Source of the DNA: Candidatus Dormiibacterota bacterium
GTDB taxonomy: Bacteria > Chloroflexota > Dormibacteria > Aeolococcales > Aeolococcaceae
Reading direction: 5' to 3'
DNA length: 64,000 bases
Assembly: GCA_963718525.1 (NCBI GenBank)
Contig: OY970355.1
Coordinates: forward strand, 480,001 to 544,000
Part shown: positions 1-10,151 of the stretch, one piece after another
How the letters are laid out: each line of letters starts with the position of its first letter
Numbering within the stretch: position 1 is the stretch's first letter
The notes under the pieces: generated by a model
Told to the model about the DNA's origin: nothing
Seen by the model: the letters and a program-made list of their open reading frames with translations, nothing else
Databases searched by the model: none
Translations under genes and position numbers: made by a program

Positions 1-304
1 TGATGACGTTGTAGACGAGATCGCGCGCCTCCCGGAGCACCCGGGCACGCACCGAGAAGTCGGCTGCCATCTCCTCGATGAGGTCGAAATCTCCACCAGA
101 GGAGAAGGTGCCACCCGCGCCACGAATGATCACCGCACGGGTGGTGGCATCCGCGTCCACCGCTCGCCAGACCTCTGCCAGGTCACGGTGCATCGCGGCG
201 CCGGCCGCGTTGAGGCGACCCTCGGCCTTCATCGTGATCACCAGGATCCCGTCTTCGGGGCGCTCGAAGACCAGGCTCGGAAATGAGGTCGCGAGGTCGT
301 TCAT
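1..304 (-). CDS. enoyl-CoA hydratase/isomerase (crotonase) family protein, 3' end runs off window
   Basis: Manual translation from ATG 304: MNDLATSFPSLVFERPEDGILVITMKAEGRLNA...VIIRGAGGTFSSGGDFD, which contains the crotonase 'F.SG.D' oxyanion motif. Confidence 0.85.
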   Translation of the reverse strand, partial: MNDLATSFPSLVFERPEDGILVITMKAEGRLNAAGAAMHRDLAEVWRAVDADATTRAVIIRGAGGTFSSGGDFDLIEEMAADFSVRARVLREARDLVYNVI

Positions 305-315
305 GAGATCGCGGG

Positions 316-1110
316 CTACCTCCCCGTGAAGGTGGGCTTGCGTTTTTCCTGGAATGCCGAGATGCCCTCCTGGTAATCGTGCGTCCGAGACGCTCTTCCC
401 TGTGCAGCAGCTTCGGCGGCGAGCAGGTCCGCCAGGGAGGGGGACGTGTCCGCGATGAGCCTGACGATCCGCTTGGACTCGAGGAACGCCGCGGTGGGTC
501 CGCCGGCGATCGCCCGGGCCAACTCACGGGTCCGGCGGATCAGGTCCGCGCCGGCGACACTGCGATTCACCAGCCCCCACTCCGCGGCTTCGCGGCCGGA
601 CACGAGCCGTCCGGTATACACAAGCTCGAGGGTGCGGTGCGGCCCGATTCGCGAGACCAATGCTGCGTGCGCGCCGCTGTCGAGCACTGCCCCGATCCGC
701 GCGAAGGGCGATCCGATCCGGGCATCGTCGGCCGCGTAAACAACGTCGCATGCGAGTGCGAGACCGAGCCCGATACCGAGGCACGGCCCGTGCACCGCCG
801 CGATCGTCGGCATCGCCAGAGCGCTCACGTGCGAAATCAGCGGGTTCGCGACACTCTGCAGGACAGCCTCGCCGTCCTCGTGCAGCGGGTCGGCTTCGGA
901 GAGGTCACGCCCACTGCAGAAGGCCCGTCCTTCACCCCGAACCAGGAGCGCTCTGGCCCCGCTTTTCTCCGCCGCGTCAAGGCTCTCGGTGATTTCGCGG
1001 AACATGGCGGCGCTCAAGGCGTTCATCTTGTCGGGCCGGTCGAGGACCAGCTCGGCGACGCCGTCCTCGATGGTCAGCCGGACCGTGCGGGGCCTGTCAG
1101 ATTCCGGCAT
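316..1110 (-). CDS. enoyl-CoA hydratase/isomerase, PaaG-like
   Basis: LDRPDKMNAL, AFCSGRDL, LALACD, C-terminal DYQEGISAFQEKRKPTFTG; paa gene context. Confidence 0.9.
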   Translation of the reverse strand: MPESDRPRTVRLTIEDGVAELVLDRPDKMNALSAAMFREITESLDAAEKSGARALLVRGEGRAFCSGRDLSEADPLHEDGEAVLQSVANPLISHVSALAMPTIAAVHGPCLGIGLGLALACDVVYAADDARIGSPFARIGAVLDSGAHAALVSRIGPHRTLELVYTGRLVSGREAAEWGLVNRSVAGADLIRRTRELARAIAGGPTAAFLESKRIVRLIADTSPSLADLLAAEAAAQGRASRTHDYQEGISAFQEKRKPTFTGR

Positions 1111-1564
1111 ACGGCGCCCGCTCCTTGGCGGTGAGAATCTTCAACTGGCTCGCGCAGACGGTGACGCCGTTCTGGTTGAGCACGTCCCACCGATACGAGA
1201 CGAGCCCCGACTTCGCGTCCCGATCGGACTTCTCGATGACCTCGATGTCGAGATAGATGGTGTCGTTGATCCAGGTGGGCGCCGTGTATCGCAGGCGGTC
1301 GGTGCCGTAGTTGGCGAGGATGGTCGTCGCGTCGCTGGGCACGCCGAGCCCGGTACCGAGCGCGAACACCATGATCCCCGGCGCCACGCGCTGTCCGAAC
1401 ATCGAACGCTCGGCGGCGACCTTGTCGATATGCGGGTAGAACCAGTCGCCAGTGAGCGCGCACCAGCTGACGATGTCCGTCTCGGTGATGGTCCGCCCAC
1501 GGGTGCGCTGGGTTTGACCGACCTCAAGCTCGTCGTAGGTACGGTAGAGAAGAAACCGATCCAC
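1097..1564 (-). CDS. MaoC/PaaZ C-terminal-like hot-dog dehydratase
   Basis: RGRTITETDI...LTGDWFYPHID...FGQRVAPG, NYGTDRLRYTAP; GGGAGG RBS before GTG 1564. Confidence 0.85.
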   Translation of the reverse strand: MDRFLLYRTYDELEVGQTQRTRGRTITETDIVSWCALTGDWFYPHIDKVAAERSMFGQRVAPGIMVFALGTGLGVPSDATTILANYGTDRLRYTAPTWINDTIYLDIEVIEKSDRDAKSGLVSYRWDVLNQNGVTVCASQLKILTAKERAPYAGI

Positions 1565-1617
1565 CCGATATGCCTCCCGTGACCCTGACTCGTTGCCGAC
1601 CGCCGGGCTGGCGAAGT

Positions 1618-2928
1618 CTACGGCCGGCAATCGATCACCCGCTGAAGCTTTCCGACCGAGCGTTCGAGGGTGCCCGGATCGACGATCTCGACCTCGACGG
1701 TCACCCCGATTCGGTCCTTGACGTCACGGGCCAGGCTGTCCGCGGCGGGAGTGCGACGCTGTTGCGGGCAGTCGGCGCGTGCCTCGACGCGCACCGTCAG
1801 GGTATCGAGACGGCCGGCACGCGCGAGGATCAGCTGGAAATGCGGCGACAGTCCACTCGTGCGCACGACCAGCTCCTCGAGCTGAGTCGGGAAGACATTG
1901 ACGCCGCGCAGGATGATCATGTCATCACTGCGCCCGGTCACCTTCTCCATGCGCCGAAACGCGGGTCGCGCCGTCCCGGGCAGGAGCCGGGTGAGGTCTC
2001 GTGTCCGGTAGCGAACGATGGGCAGCGCATGCTTCGTCAGCGACGTGAACACGAGCTCACCGAAATCGCCGTCGGGCAGCACCTGGCCGGTCTGCGGATC
2101 GATGATCTCCGGATAGAAGTGATCCTCCCAGATGTGCGGGCCGTCCTTGGTTTCGACACACTCCTGCGATACCCCGGGACCCATCACCTCCGAGAGACCG
2201 TAGATGTCAACCGCGTGCATGTCCAGGCGCTGTTCGATCTCCGCACGCATCGCCTCCGTCCACGGCTCGGCACCGAAGATGCCGATGCGCAGCGAGCACG
2301 TCCGCGGGTCGACGCCCTGGCGTTCGAACTCGTCGATGAGGGCGAGCATGTACGACGGTGTCACCATGATGATCGACGGCTGGAAATCTCGGATCAGCTG
2401 CACCTGGCGTGGTGTCATGCCGCCTGAGACCGGTACGACCGTGCAGCCGAGCCGCTCGGCCCCGTAATGCGCGCCGAGGCCGCCGGTGAACAGGCCATAG
2501 CCGTATGCGACATGGACGATGTCACCAGGACGTCCGCCGGCGGCGCGAATGGATCGCGCCATCAGGTCTGCCCACGTATCGAGATCATCCTGCGTGTAGC
2601 CCACCACCGTCGGGCGCCCGGTGGTGCCGCTGGAGGCGTGAATGCGTCGAACATGCGACCGCGGCACGGCGAACATGCCGAACGGGTAGTTGTCGCGGAG
2701 ATCGTGCTTGGTGGTCAGCGGAAAGCGCGCGATGTCCGCGAGGGTGGTGCAGTCGTCGGGCGTCACCCCTGCCGAGTCGAACGCGCGACGGTAGTGCGGC
2801 ACATTCGTGTATGCGCGGCGCAGCGTCCACCGCATGCGTTCGAGCTGGAGCTCGAGCAGCGCGTCCCTGCTCAAACGCTCGCCTGCGTCGAGGAGTTCGG
2901 GCGATGGTGCGGTGCCCAGCCGTGTCAC
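1618..2928 (-). CDS. paaK: phenylacetate-CoA ligase
   Basis: DLRDNYPFGMFA, HASSGTTGRPT, YGLFTGGLGAHYGAE, DIYGLSEVMGPG, GRSDDMIILRGVNVFP. Confidence 0.95.
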   Translation of the reverse strand: MTRLGTAPSPELLDAGERLSRDALLELQLERMRWTLRRAYTNVPHYRRAFDSAGVTPDDCTTLADIARFPLTTKHDLRDNYPFGMFAVPRSHVRRIHASSGTTGRPTVVGYTQDDLDTWADLMARSIRAAGGRPGDIVHVAYGYGLFTGGLGAHYGAERLGCTVVPVSGGMTPRQVQLIRDFQPSIIMVTPSYMLALIDEFERQGVDPRTCSLRIGIFGAEPWTEAMRAEIEQRLDMHAVDIYGLSEVMGPGVSQECVETKDGPHIWEDHFYPEIIDPQTGQVLPDGDFGELVFTSLTKHALPIVRYRTRDLTRLLPGTARPAFRRMEKVTGRSDDMIILRGVNVFPTQLEELVVRTSGLSPHFQLILARAGRLDTLTVRVEARADCPQQRRTPAADSLARDVKDRIGVTVEVEIVDPGTLERSVGKLQRVIDCRP

Positions 2929-3323
2929 GCCCGATGGGTTCCGATGGTTCGGCTGGTGCCTCGGAATTCGGCGATGACGTCGTCGCCGCGGCGTACGGTG
3001 ACATCGTAGATTCCCGACCGCCCGAAACGGGTGCGCTCCACCGCTCGCGCTTCCAGGACATCGCCGGCACGCGACGGTGCGACGAACGTGATGTCGACGG
3101 CAGCCGCAACAGTCAGTGGCCCATGACTATTGCATGCGCACGCGAAGGCGGTGTCCGCGACCGCGAAGACGAAGGCGCCATGGGTGATTCCGTGGCCGTT
3201 CACCATGTCCGAGCGGACTGTCATGCGCGCGGTTGCGGCTCCAGCTGTGACTTCGCGCACCTCGATGCCGAGCGCCCGCGACGCTGCATCGTCTGCGAGC
3301 ATCCGAGTCACGGAGTCAGTCAT
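2925..3323 (-). CDS. paaI: hydroxyphenylacetyl-CoA thioesterase PaaI
   Basis: MVNGHGITHGAFVFAVADTAFACACNS; GAG-rich RBS before ATG 3323; 4-nt overlap with paaK. Confidence 0.9.
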   Translation of the reverse strand: MTDSVTRMLADDAASRALGIEVREVTAGAATARMTVRSDMVNGHGITHGAFVFAVADTAFACACNSHGPLTVAAAVDITFVAPSRAGDVLEARAVERTRFGRSGIYDVTVRRGDDVIAEFRGTSRTIGTHRA

Positions 3324-3361
3324 CGATTCTCCTCTGGGCGGCGCCCGCCGAGCGAGCGCGC

Positions 3362-3955
3362 TCAGAACGCCAGGTTGGTTCGCTCGACAGCGGCCACGGC
3401 TGCGGGAGCGCCGTCGAGGGTCACGTGCGCAGCCGACCGTCTGCCGCTGAGGTAGAGGACCAGTTCGGTTGCCGGCCCGCTGAGCGTCACGCTCTCCCCT
3501 GATCCAAACCGCCGCCGAACACCGTCCGGACGCACCAGCTCCAGCCCATACGGGCGGATCCGCCGGGCCAGCCGCCGTGCCGACAGGCCGACCATCCGCC
3601 ACGAGAGTGCCTCGAGGTCAGGGATCGGCGCCCGCGGCTCGCGCCCGTTGGCACGGCGGACATCCTCGTGATGAATGAAGTATTCCAGGCCGTTGAAGAG
3701 GTCGCGAATGCGCGGCACACGCCACGGAATCATTGGCGCTCCCGCGCGCAGCCGCGCCACCATGGCAGGGAGTCCCTTGGCCGTCTCAGCCGCGCGCTGC
3801 GCATCGGACCAGCGCCTGAAGTGCTCTCGGAGCACCAGGTGTGCGGCGAGGTCGGCCGTGGACCAGCCCTCGCACAGCGTGGGTGCGTCGGGACCGAGCT
3901 CGAGCAGAAGGTTGCAGAGCTCGGTGCGTTCTCGAACGTCGATGGGTTCGGTCAT
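3362..3955 (-). CDS. TIGR03085-type metal-binding protein (DinB/maleylpyruvate isomerase superfamily)
   Basis: GPDAPTLCEGW..ADLAAHLVLRE and EYFIHHEDVRRAN motifs. Confidence 0.8.
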   Translation of the reverse strand: MTEPIDVRERTELCNLLLELGPDAPTLCEGWSTADLAAHLVLREHFRRWSDAQRAAETAKGLPAMVARLRAGAPMIPWRVPRIRDLFNGLEYFIHHEDVRRANGREPRAPIPDLEALSWRMVGLSARRLARRIRPYGLELVRPDGVRRRFGSGESVTLSGPATELVLYLSGRRSAAHVTLDGAPAAVAAVERTNLAF

Positions 3956-4003
3956 CGCGATGGCCGCAGCGTACCCTCTCGTGGCCCGGATCCCGCCGGG
4001 CTA

Positions 4004-5107
4004 CTACCCGGCCGGCCCGATGCGGCTCCAGGTCGAGCCCGTCAGCGACCAGACCTCGACGGGCGAGTGATCCGGCAGTGTCGCCGACTTCGGAGTGCCG
4101 AAGATCAGCAACTCATGACGGTCGGAATCCGTGATCGCCGTTCCTCCATCGACAGGCGGCGGTACGGCCGAAAGCGCGGCCCAGTCACTCCCATCCCACG
4201 CGAACAACGCCGGCGACGGCACGGGTGGCGTCCCGCAGGCGCACAACACCAGGCGGTCGATCGCCGGGTCCAGTGCCATGGTTGAACCATCGACGGGTGC
4301 GCGGTCCGGCGCCGTCAGCAGCGTCCACCCCGTGCCAGTCCATCGCCAGGTGGTGTTGGCGCCCCCGGTGGAGGGCGGCGGCCCGACGCAGCAACCCACG
4401 GCGAGGAGCGACTGAGTCACCGGATCGAACCACATCGGGCTATAGGCCGCTCCGGGAGGCAGGGCAGCGCCGGCCGGCTTGGCCCAGTGCGTCCCGGTCC
4501 AGATCCAGGTCTCGGCCGGGCTCGAGATGACCCCGGAACGCGTGACGAGAACCATCTCGTGAAGCGCAGGGTCCCAGGCCATATCGGCTCCCTCGCCTGG
4601 TGGCGGCCCACCGGCGCCGCTGTCCAGCGGCTGCCACGTCGTGCCGTTCCAGGCCCAGGTGTCGTGGACCGGCGTCCCCGCTTCGATCCGCCCTCCGAAC
4701 AGCAGCACGGTCCCGGTCTGCGGGTCATACGCCGCTGCGGCGCCGAAGCGCCCCGCGGGGCTGGACGATGGTTGCGCCAGGGTCCATCTCGAGCCGTCCC
4801 AGAGCCAGGTGTTCGCGTAGTTGCCGACGCCCCCGAACAGGACGATGTCGTGGGTGGCGAGGTCATCGGCGACGCTGAAGCCGAAACCCGACTGCGGAAG
4901 CACCGGCACCGCGCTCGGCGTGATCGGCTGACGAACGGAAGGCGTCGCCGGGGGGTGGGTCACCTGCGCCGGCGTGTGCGGCCCAAATGACACCACGATC
5001 CCTATGGCACCTGCGACGGCGACGATGCCCAGGAGCGCGATCGCGGACGGACGCTTGAGACGGCGCCCGCCGGTCGTCCCGGGCCCGTTCCGGAAGGTCT
5101 CTCCCAT
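4004..5107 (-). CDS. membrane-anchored Kelch-like beta-propeller protein
   Basis: N-terminal TM helix, Pro/Thr linker, repeats 'VLFGG...TW.WDG..W'; start taken at ATG 5107 to avoid overlap with xfp. Confidence 0.7.
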   Translation of the reverse strand: MGETFRNGPGTTGGRRLKRPSAIALLGIVAVAGAIGIVVSFGPHTPAQVTHPPATPSVRQPITPSAVPVLPQSGFGFSVADDLATHDIVLFGGVGNYANTWLWDGSRWTLAQPSSSPAGRFGAAAAYDPQTGTVLLFGGRIEAGTPVHDTWAWNGTTWQPLDSGAGGPPPGEGADMAWDPALHEMVLVTRSGVISSPAETWIWTGTHWAKPAGAALPPGAAYSPMWFDPVTQSLLAVGCCVGPPPSTGGANTTWRWTGTGWTLLTAPDRAPVDGSTMALDPAIDRLVLCACGTPPVPSPALFAWDGSDWAALSAVPPPVDGGTAITDSDRHELLIFGTPKSATLPDHSPVEVWSLTGSTWSRIGPAG

Positions 5108-5168
5108 GCCCGCCGTCATAACAGGTCCACAACCGAGCGACGTGGACGCCCCCGCTACGATGCTGGTG

Positions 5169-7532
5169 GTGACCACACTCACTCCGTCCACCCGCAGCAT
5201 CGACCTGGATGCTCTCGTCACCGCGTGGACCGCGGCCAACTACCTGACCGTCGCGCAGATCTACCTCCAGGCAAACCCGCTGCTCCGGGATCCGTTGCGC
5301 GCCGAGCACATCAAGCCGCGGCTGCTCGGCCACTGGGGAACGTCGCCGGCGCTGAGCCTGATCTACGTCCAGCTCAACCGCCTGATCCAGCAGCGCGACT
5401 GCGATGTGCTGTACATCGCCGGACCCGGGCACGGCGGACCCGCGATCGTCGCCAACGTATATCTCGAAGGAACGTATTCGGACATCTACCCGGCGGTTTC
5501 CCTCGACGAGCCCGGACTGCTTCGGTTGGTCCGGCAGTTCTCAACACCCGGTGGCATCCCGAGTCACGTGAGCGTACCCACGCCGGGCTCCATCCACGAA
5601 GGCGGCGAGCTGGGGTACGCGCTCGTCCACGCATTCGGCGCTGTTTTTGACAACCCCGACCTGATCGCTGCGTGTGTCGTCGGTGACGGCGAGGCGGAGA
5701 CCGGACCCCTCGAGGGGTCTTGGAAGGGTGTGAGCTTCCTCGATCCGCGTCGCGACGGCGCCGTGCTCCCGATCCTCCAGCTCAACGGCTACAAGATCAG
5801 CGGACCCACGGTGCTCGGTCGTGCTCCCGAGCGGGACGTTCGCAGCCTGCTCAGCGCCCACGGGTATGACGTCCACGTTGTCAGCGGCGACGAGCCACGT
5901 GCGGTGCACGAGGAGTTCGCCCAGACGCTCGACCGCTGCTACGACCGGATTCGTGAGATCCAGGCGGTCGCGAGGCAGACCGGCGTGTACCCGCAGCGCG
6001 TGCCCTGGCCGGCGATCGTCCTGCGCACGCCCAAGGGCTGGACGGGCCCCAAGTTCGTCGACGGCATGCCGGTGGAGGGAACATTCCGCGCGCACCAGGT
6101 CCCCCTCGACAACGTCAGGAGCAACGCGGCGCACCTCGCGCAGCTCGAGGAGTGGATGCGCAGCTACCGACCCGAAACCCTGTTCGACGATGCCGGCGCA
6201 CCCGTCCAGGCTGTGACGGCGGTGGTGCCGCGCGGCGACAAACGCATGGGCGCATCCGCCTACGCCAACGGCGGAAGGCTGCTTCGCCCGCTGCGGCTGC
6301 CGGAGTTCACCGAGTATGCGATGAGCGTGGATCCCGGTGTCACCGTCGGAGAATCAACGCGCCGCCTCGGCGAGTGGATTCGGGACATCTACCGCGACAA
6401 CCCGGACAACTTCCGGCTGTTCTGCCCCGACGAGACCAACAGCAACCGGCTCGGTGCGGTCTTCGACATCGAAAACCGCTGCTTCGAGGAACAGATCATC
6501 CCGATCGACGATCACGTGCGCAACGACGGACGGGTGATGGAGGTGCTGTCGGAGCATCTCTGCGAGGGCTGGCTCGAGGGATATCTGCTCACCGGCCGCC
6601 ACGGGTTGTTCGCGACCTACGAGGCATTCGCCATGGTCTCCGCGTCGATGACCGTGCAGCATGCGAAGTGGCTCGAGGCGGCGCGCGGACTCGACTGGCG
6701 TGTCCCGGTCGCCGCGCTGAACGTGCTGCTCACGTCGACGTGCTGGCGCAACGATCACAACGGCTTCAGCCATCAGGGTCCGGGGCTCATCGACACCGTG
6801 ATGGCGATGAGCGGCGACGTGGTCCGAGTCTATCTGCCGCCGGACGCGAATTGCCTCCTGTCGGTGGCGAATCACTGCATGAGGAGCCGCAACTACGTGA
6901 ACCTGATCGTCATCGACAAGCAACCGGAGCTCCAGTATCTGTCGATGGATGCCGCCGTCGAGCATTGCGCGCTCGGTGCCTCGGTGTGGGACTGGGCATC
7001 CAACCAGGATGGGGGCGAGCCGGACGTCGTGCTCGGCTGCGCCGGCGACATCCCGACGCTCGAAACGCTTGCCGCTGCTGCGCTGCTGCGCGATCGCGTG
7101 CCTGATCTCCGTTTCCGCCTCGTCAACGTCGTTGACCTGCTGGCGATGAGCCCCGCACCGTTTCATCCGCACGCGCTCAGCGCCGAGACGTTCACGAGAT
7201 TGTTCACCGACGACATCGACGTCGTGATGGCGTTCCACGGCTATGCGCGGGCGTTTCACCAGGTCGTGCACGGCCGGCCGAACGCCGCGCGGTTCCATGT
7301 GCGTGGCTACAACGAGCACGGTACAACCACGACGCCCTTCGACATGGTGGTGCTCAATGAGATGAGCCGGTATCACCTCGTCATGGAGGCCATCCGTCGA
7401 TCCCGGCGCACCCCGGCGGGCGCTGCCGACCTGCATCGCTTTTGCGAGGATCAGCTGCGCCGCCATCACGGGTACGTCCGCGAGCATTTCGAGGACATGC
7501 CCGAGATCCGCGAGTGGCGTTGGCCCGGGTGA
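5169..7532 (+). CDS. xfp: xylulose-5-phosphate/fructose-6-phosphate phosphoketolase
   Basis: KPRLLGHWGT, GPGHG, PGSIHEGGELGY, GDGEAETGP, DHNGFSHQ; TACGAT -10 at 5156-5161 suggests a leaderless GTG at 5169. Confidence 0.95.
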   Translation: MTTLTPSTRSIDLDALVTAWTAANYLTVAQIYLQANPLLRDPLRAEHIKPRLLGHWGTSPALSLIYVQLNRLIQQRDCDVLYIAGPGHGGPAIVANVYLEGTYSDIYPAVSLDEPGLLRLVRQFSTPGGIPSHVSVPTPGSIHEGGELGYALVHAFGAVFDNPDLIAACVVGDGEAETGPLEGSWKGVSFLDPRRDGAVLPILQLNGYKISGPTVLGRAPERDVRSLLSAHGYDVHVVSGDEPRAVHEEFAQTLDRCYDRIREIQAVARQTGVYPQRVPWPAIVLRTPKGWTGPKFVDGMPVEGTFRAHQVPLDNVRSNAAHLAQLEEWMRSYRPETLFDDAGAPVQAVTAVVPRGDKRMGASAYANGGRLLRPLRLPEFTEYAMSVDPGVTVGESTRRLGEWIRDIYRDNPDNFRLFCPDETNSNRLGAVFDIENRCFEEQIIPIDDHVRNDGRVMEVLSEHLCEGWLEGYLLTGRHGLFATYEAFAMVSASMTVQHAKWLEAARGLDWRVPVAALNVLLTSTCWRNDHNGFSHQGPGLIDTVMAMSGDVVRVYLPPDANCLLSVANHCMRSRNYVNLIVIDKQPELQYLSMDAAVEHCALGASVWDWASNQDGGEPDVVLGCAGDIPTLETLAAAALLRDRVPDLRFRLVNVVDLLAMSPAPFHPHALSAETFTRLFTDDIDVVMAFHGYARAFHQVVHGRPNAARFHVRGYNEHGTTTTPFDMVVLNEMSRYHLVMEAIRRSRRTPAGAADLHRFCEDQLRRHHGYVREHFEDMPEIREWRWPG

Positions 7533-7571
7533 GCTCGGGCAAGGCGCGTCTCGGCGCGCCGGACTGAACCG

Positions 7572-8645
7572 ATGCGGATCCTCGCCGTGAACGCAGGGTC
7601 GAGCACCCTCAAGCTGAGCGTTGTCGATGATGGCGACCGCGTCGAGGCGGACCAGCAGACCGATGGCGATGCGGATCCCATCGCCGCCCTGCATGATTTC
7701 GTCGCGCGCGCCGGCGCTGTTGACGCTGTCGCCCACCGGCTTGTGCACGGCGGCGCGGCAGTGCGGCACGCCACGCTCGTCGATGACACGGTCCGCCATC
7801 TCCTGAACGGCGCTGTCGAGCTTGCACCGCTCCACGTGCCTCCGGCGCTCGCGTTGCTGGACGCCGCACGCGCGAGCATCGACCGGCCGCAGATCGTGTG
7901 CGTCGACACCGCGTTTCATGCGGAGATGCCGGACTACGCGACCACGTACGCGTTGCCGGCTCACTGGCGCGCGTGGGGTGTACGCCGCTACGGGTTCCAC
8001 GGCCTTTCGTACGCCTGGTCGAGCCGGCGTAGTGCGGAATTGCTCGAGCGCCCGGCGGACGGTTTGCAGATCGTGATCGCGCACATCGGGTCCGGAGTGT
8101 CCGCGTGCGCCGTCCGCGACGGACGCAGCGTGGACACCAGCATGGGGTTCACACCACAGGAGGGTGCCGTGATGGCGTCGCGGAGCGGCACGGTGGACCC
8201 TGGCGCGCTGCTCTGGCTCCAGGACGTTCACGGGCTCACGGTCGGCGCGATGACCAGGTCACTGGAGCACGGCAGCGGGCTGCTCGGCCTCTGCGGTCGC
8301 TCGGACGTGCGTGATGTCGAGCGCGAGGCCGCTCAGGGCAACGCGGCGTGCGTCCTGGCCCTGGACGTGTATATCCATGTGCTCAGCCGCGTCATCGGTG
8401 GCCTTGCCACATCCCTCGACCGCCTCGATGCGTTGGTGTTCACCGGCGGCGTCGGTGAACATTCGGCGTTGGTGCGAAGCCGGATCTGTTCGCGCCTCGG
8501 GCTGCTGCGGCTCCCGCAAACGCTTGATCCCGCAGAGAGTGATGCCGTGATCGGAGTCGCCGACGCCGGTCCGGCCGTGGTGGTGGTCACTGCGCGGGAG
8601 GACGCGCAGATGGCCCGCGAAGCCCGCGGCGTGCTGCGCGGCTAG
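7572..8645 (+). CDS. ackA: acetate kinase
   Basis: ILAVNAGSSTLK, HRLVHGG, LAPLH, DTAFH, RRYGFHGLS, DTSMGFTP, VFTGGVGE; downstream of xfp. Confidence 0.93.
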   Translation: MRILAVNAGSSTLKLSVVDDGDRVEADQQTDGDADPIAALHDFVARAGAVDAVAHRLVHGGAAVRHATLVDDTVRHLLNGAVELAPLHVPPALALLDAARASIDRPQIVCVDTAFHAEMPDYATTYALPAHWRAWGVRRYGFHGLSYAWSSRRSAELLERPADGLQIVIAHIGSGVSACAVRDGRSVDTSMGFTPQEGAVMASRSGTVDPGALLWLQDVHGLTVGAMTRSLEHGSGLLGLCGRSDVRDVEREAAQGNAACVLALDVYIHVLSRVIGGLATSLDRLDALVFTGGVGEHSALVRSRICSRLGLLRLPQTLDPAESDAVIGVADAGPAVVVVTAREDAQMAREARGVLRG

Positions 8646-10099
8646 ACCGCGGCTCGGGATTCCGCGGGGGCGCTCGTCGCCGTGGCCGCGTCACGTGGTT
8701 TGTGGCTGATCAGTGCGCACGTCGCGCCTGACAGCGCGGCCATGCCCGCCGCGTACCACCACAGGTGCTGGAAATGGGTGAGTGCGTCCGGGAGACTGTG
8801 CGGCGTTCCGAGGATCACCACGAGTAGAGCGACACCGAAAGCGCCGCCGATCTGGCGGGCGGTCTGATTGACGGCACTCCCAACTGCGAATCGATTCGGA
8901 TGCAGGCTTGAAACTGCTGCGGCGCTCAACACCGGGAGTGTCATCCCGATCCCGAGGCCGATGATCAGCGTGCCCGGCAGCCAGGTGGTGAGGTAGTCGT
9001 GCTGCACGCCGACGCGCGTCGCGAACCACACCAGGCCGCAGACGAAAATGGTAAAGCCGGCGAGCAGCACCCTTCGAAAACCGACCCGCGACGCCGCCCG
9101 CCCCGCGAGCCCTGACACCAGCGCAACCACCAGCGGCCCGGGCGTCACGGCAAGGCCGGCCTGGAGGATCGGGTAGTGCCACACACTGGTGAGAAACAGG
9201 ATGTTCCCGAGCAGCATCGCGAAGAACGCCATCGCATACAGCAAGGTCGCGGCGTTCGCCACGCTGAACGACCGGGCTTTGAAGAGCGCCAGATCCAGGA
9301 CCGGTTCCGGATGCCGCGCCGACCGAAGCAGAAAGGCGGATCCCACGATCAGTGCGCCCGCGAAGCATCCGATGACGGGTGCCGTTGACCAGCCCCACGT
9401 CGGTCCCTCCGTGATGCCGAGAACGAGCGCCGCGAGAGCCAGCGCGACGAGCAACGCACCGAGATAGTCCGGGGCAGCTCCGGCCGCGCCAGGCCGGGAG
9501 CGGGCCAGCACGCGCCGCCCGGCCAGCCAGGCAAGGACGCCGATCGGTACGTTGACAAAGAAGGCCCATCGCCAGCCACCGGCTGTGATCAGGGCGGCGC
9601 CCAGCGAGGGCCCCGTCGCGACCGCCAGGGCGCCCACCCCGCCCCACAGCGCGACGACCTGCGAACGCCGCTCCGCCGGGAACGCGGCGAGGAGAAGGCT
9701 CAGCGATGCGGGGAGAAGCGCGGCGGCGCCGCACCCCTGGATGACCCGCCCCGCCACGAGCAACGCCACTGACGGAGCGAGCCCGCACAGCGCCGACCCG
9801 GCTGTGAAGACCCCGAGGCCGGCAAAGAACACGCGGCGGCTGCCAAGTCGATCTGCGGTACGCCCGGCTATCACCAGCAGAGAGCCGAAGACGATGCTGT
9901 AGCTGGTGATCACCCAGGCGAGGGTGGCTCGGGGATCGCCGGGAAAGGAGCGTTCGAGCGCCGGAAACGCGACGTTCACGATCGAGAGATCCAACGACGC
10001 CATGAACACCCCGAGCGCGGTGACGGCGAAGACAATCCTGCGGCGGATCAGCGGGGTCGCAACCGCCGCCGGCGGGGCGGGAGCGCTCACCTGGGTCAC
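8642..10099 (-). CDS. MFS drug:H+ antiporter (DHA2/EmrB family)
   Basis: FMASLDLSIVNVA, GRTADRLG, WRWAFFVNVPIG; about 14 hydrophobic segments. Confidence 0.92.
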   Translation of the reverse strand: MTQVSAPAPPAAVATPLIRRRIVFAVTALGVFMASLDLSIVNVAFPALERSFPGDPRATLAWVITSYSIVFGSLLVIAGRTADRLGSRRVFFAGLGVFTAGSALCGLAPSVALLVAGRVIQGCGAAALLPASLSLLLAAFPAERRSQVVALWGGVGALAVATGPSLGAALITAGGWRWAFFVNVPIGVLAWLAGRRVLARSRPGAAGAAPDYLGALLVALALAALVLGITEGPTWGWSTAPVIGCFAGALIVGSAFLLRSARHPEPVLDLALFKARSFSVANAATLLYAMAFFAMLLGNILFLTSVWHYPILQAGLAVTPGPLVVALVSGLAGRAASRVGFRRVLLAGFTIFVCGLVWFATRVGVQHDYLTTWLPGTLIIGLGIGMTLPVLSAAAVSSLHPNRFAVGSAVNQTARQIGGAFGVALLVVILGTPHSLPDALTHFQHLWWYAAGMAALSGATCALISHKPRDAATATSAPAESRAAV

Positions 10100-10105
10100 C
10101 GAGGC

Positions 10106-10145
10106 ACTGTATCGCCTTGCGTTCTATTATGCAACTCACTATCCT
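10106..10145. promoter_or_regulatory. overlapping divergent sigma70-type promoters with an operator-like palindrome
   Basis: + strand: TTGCGT(10117)-17 nt-TATCCT(10140), 6 nt before ATG 10152. - strand: TTGCAT(10134)-17 nt-TACAGT(10111), 6 nt before GTG 10099. The two -35 boxes form the inverted repeat TTGC-N10-GCAA. Confidence 0.7.
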
Positions 10146-10151
10146 GAGACC

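Noticed and set aside
6354-8231. Long antisense or alternate-frame ORFs (6354-8231, 8691-10595, 15817-18054, 21780-23087, 59488-60702 and similar)
   Set aside because: They are shadows of well-supported genes in GC-rich DNA, with Arg/Ala/Pro-rich translations and no family motifs
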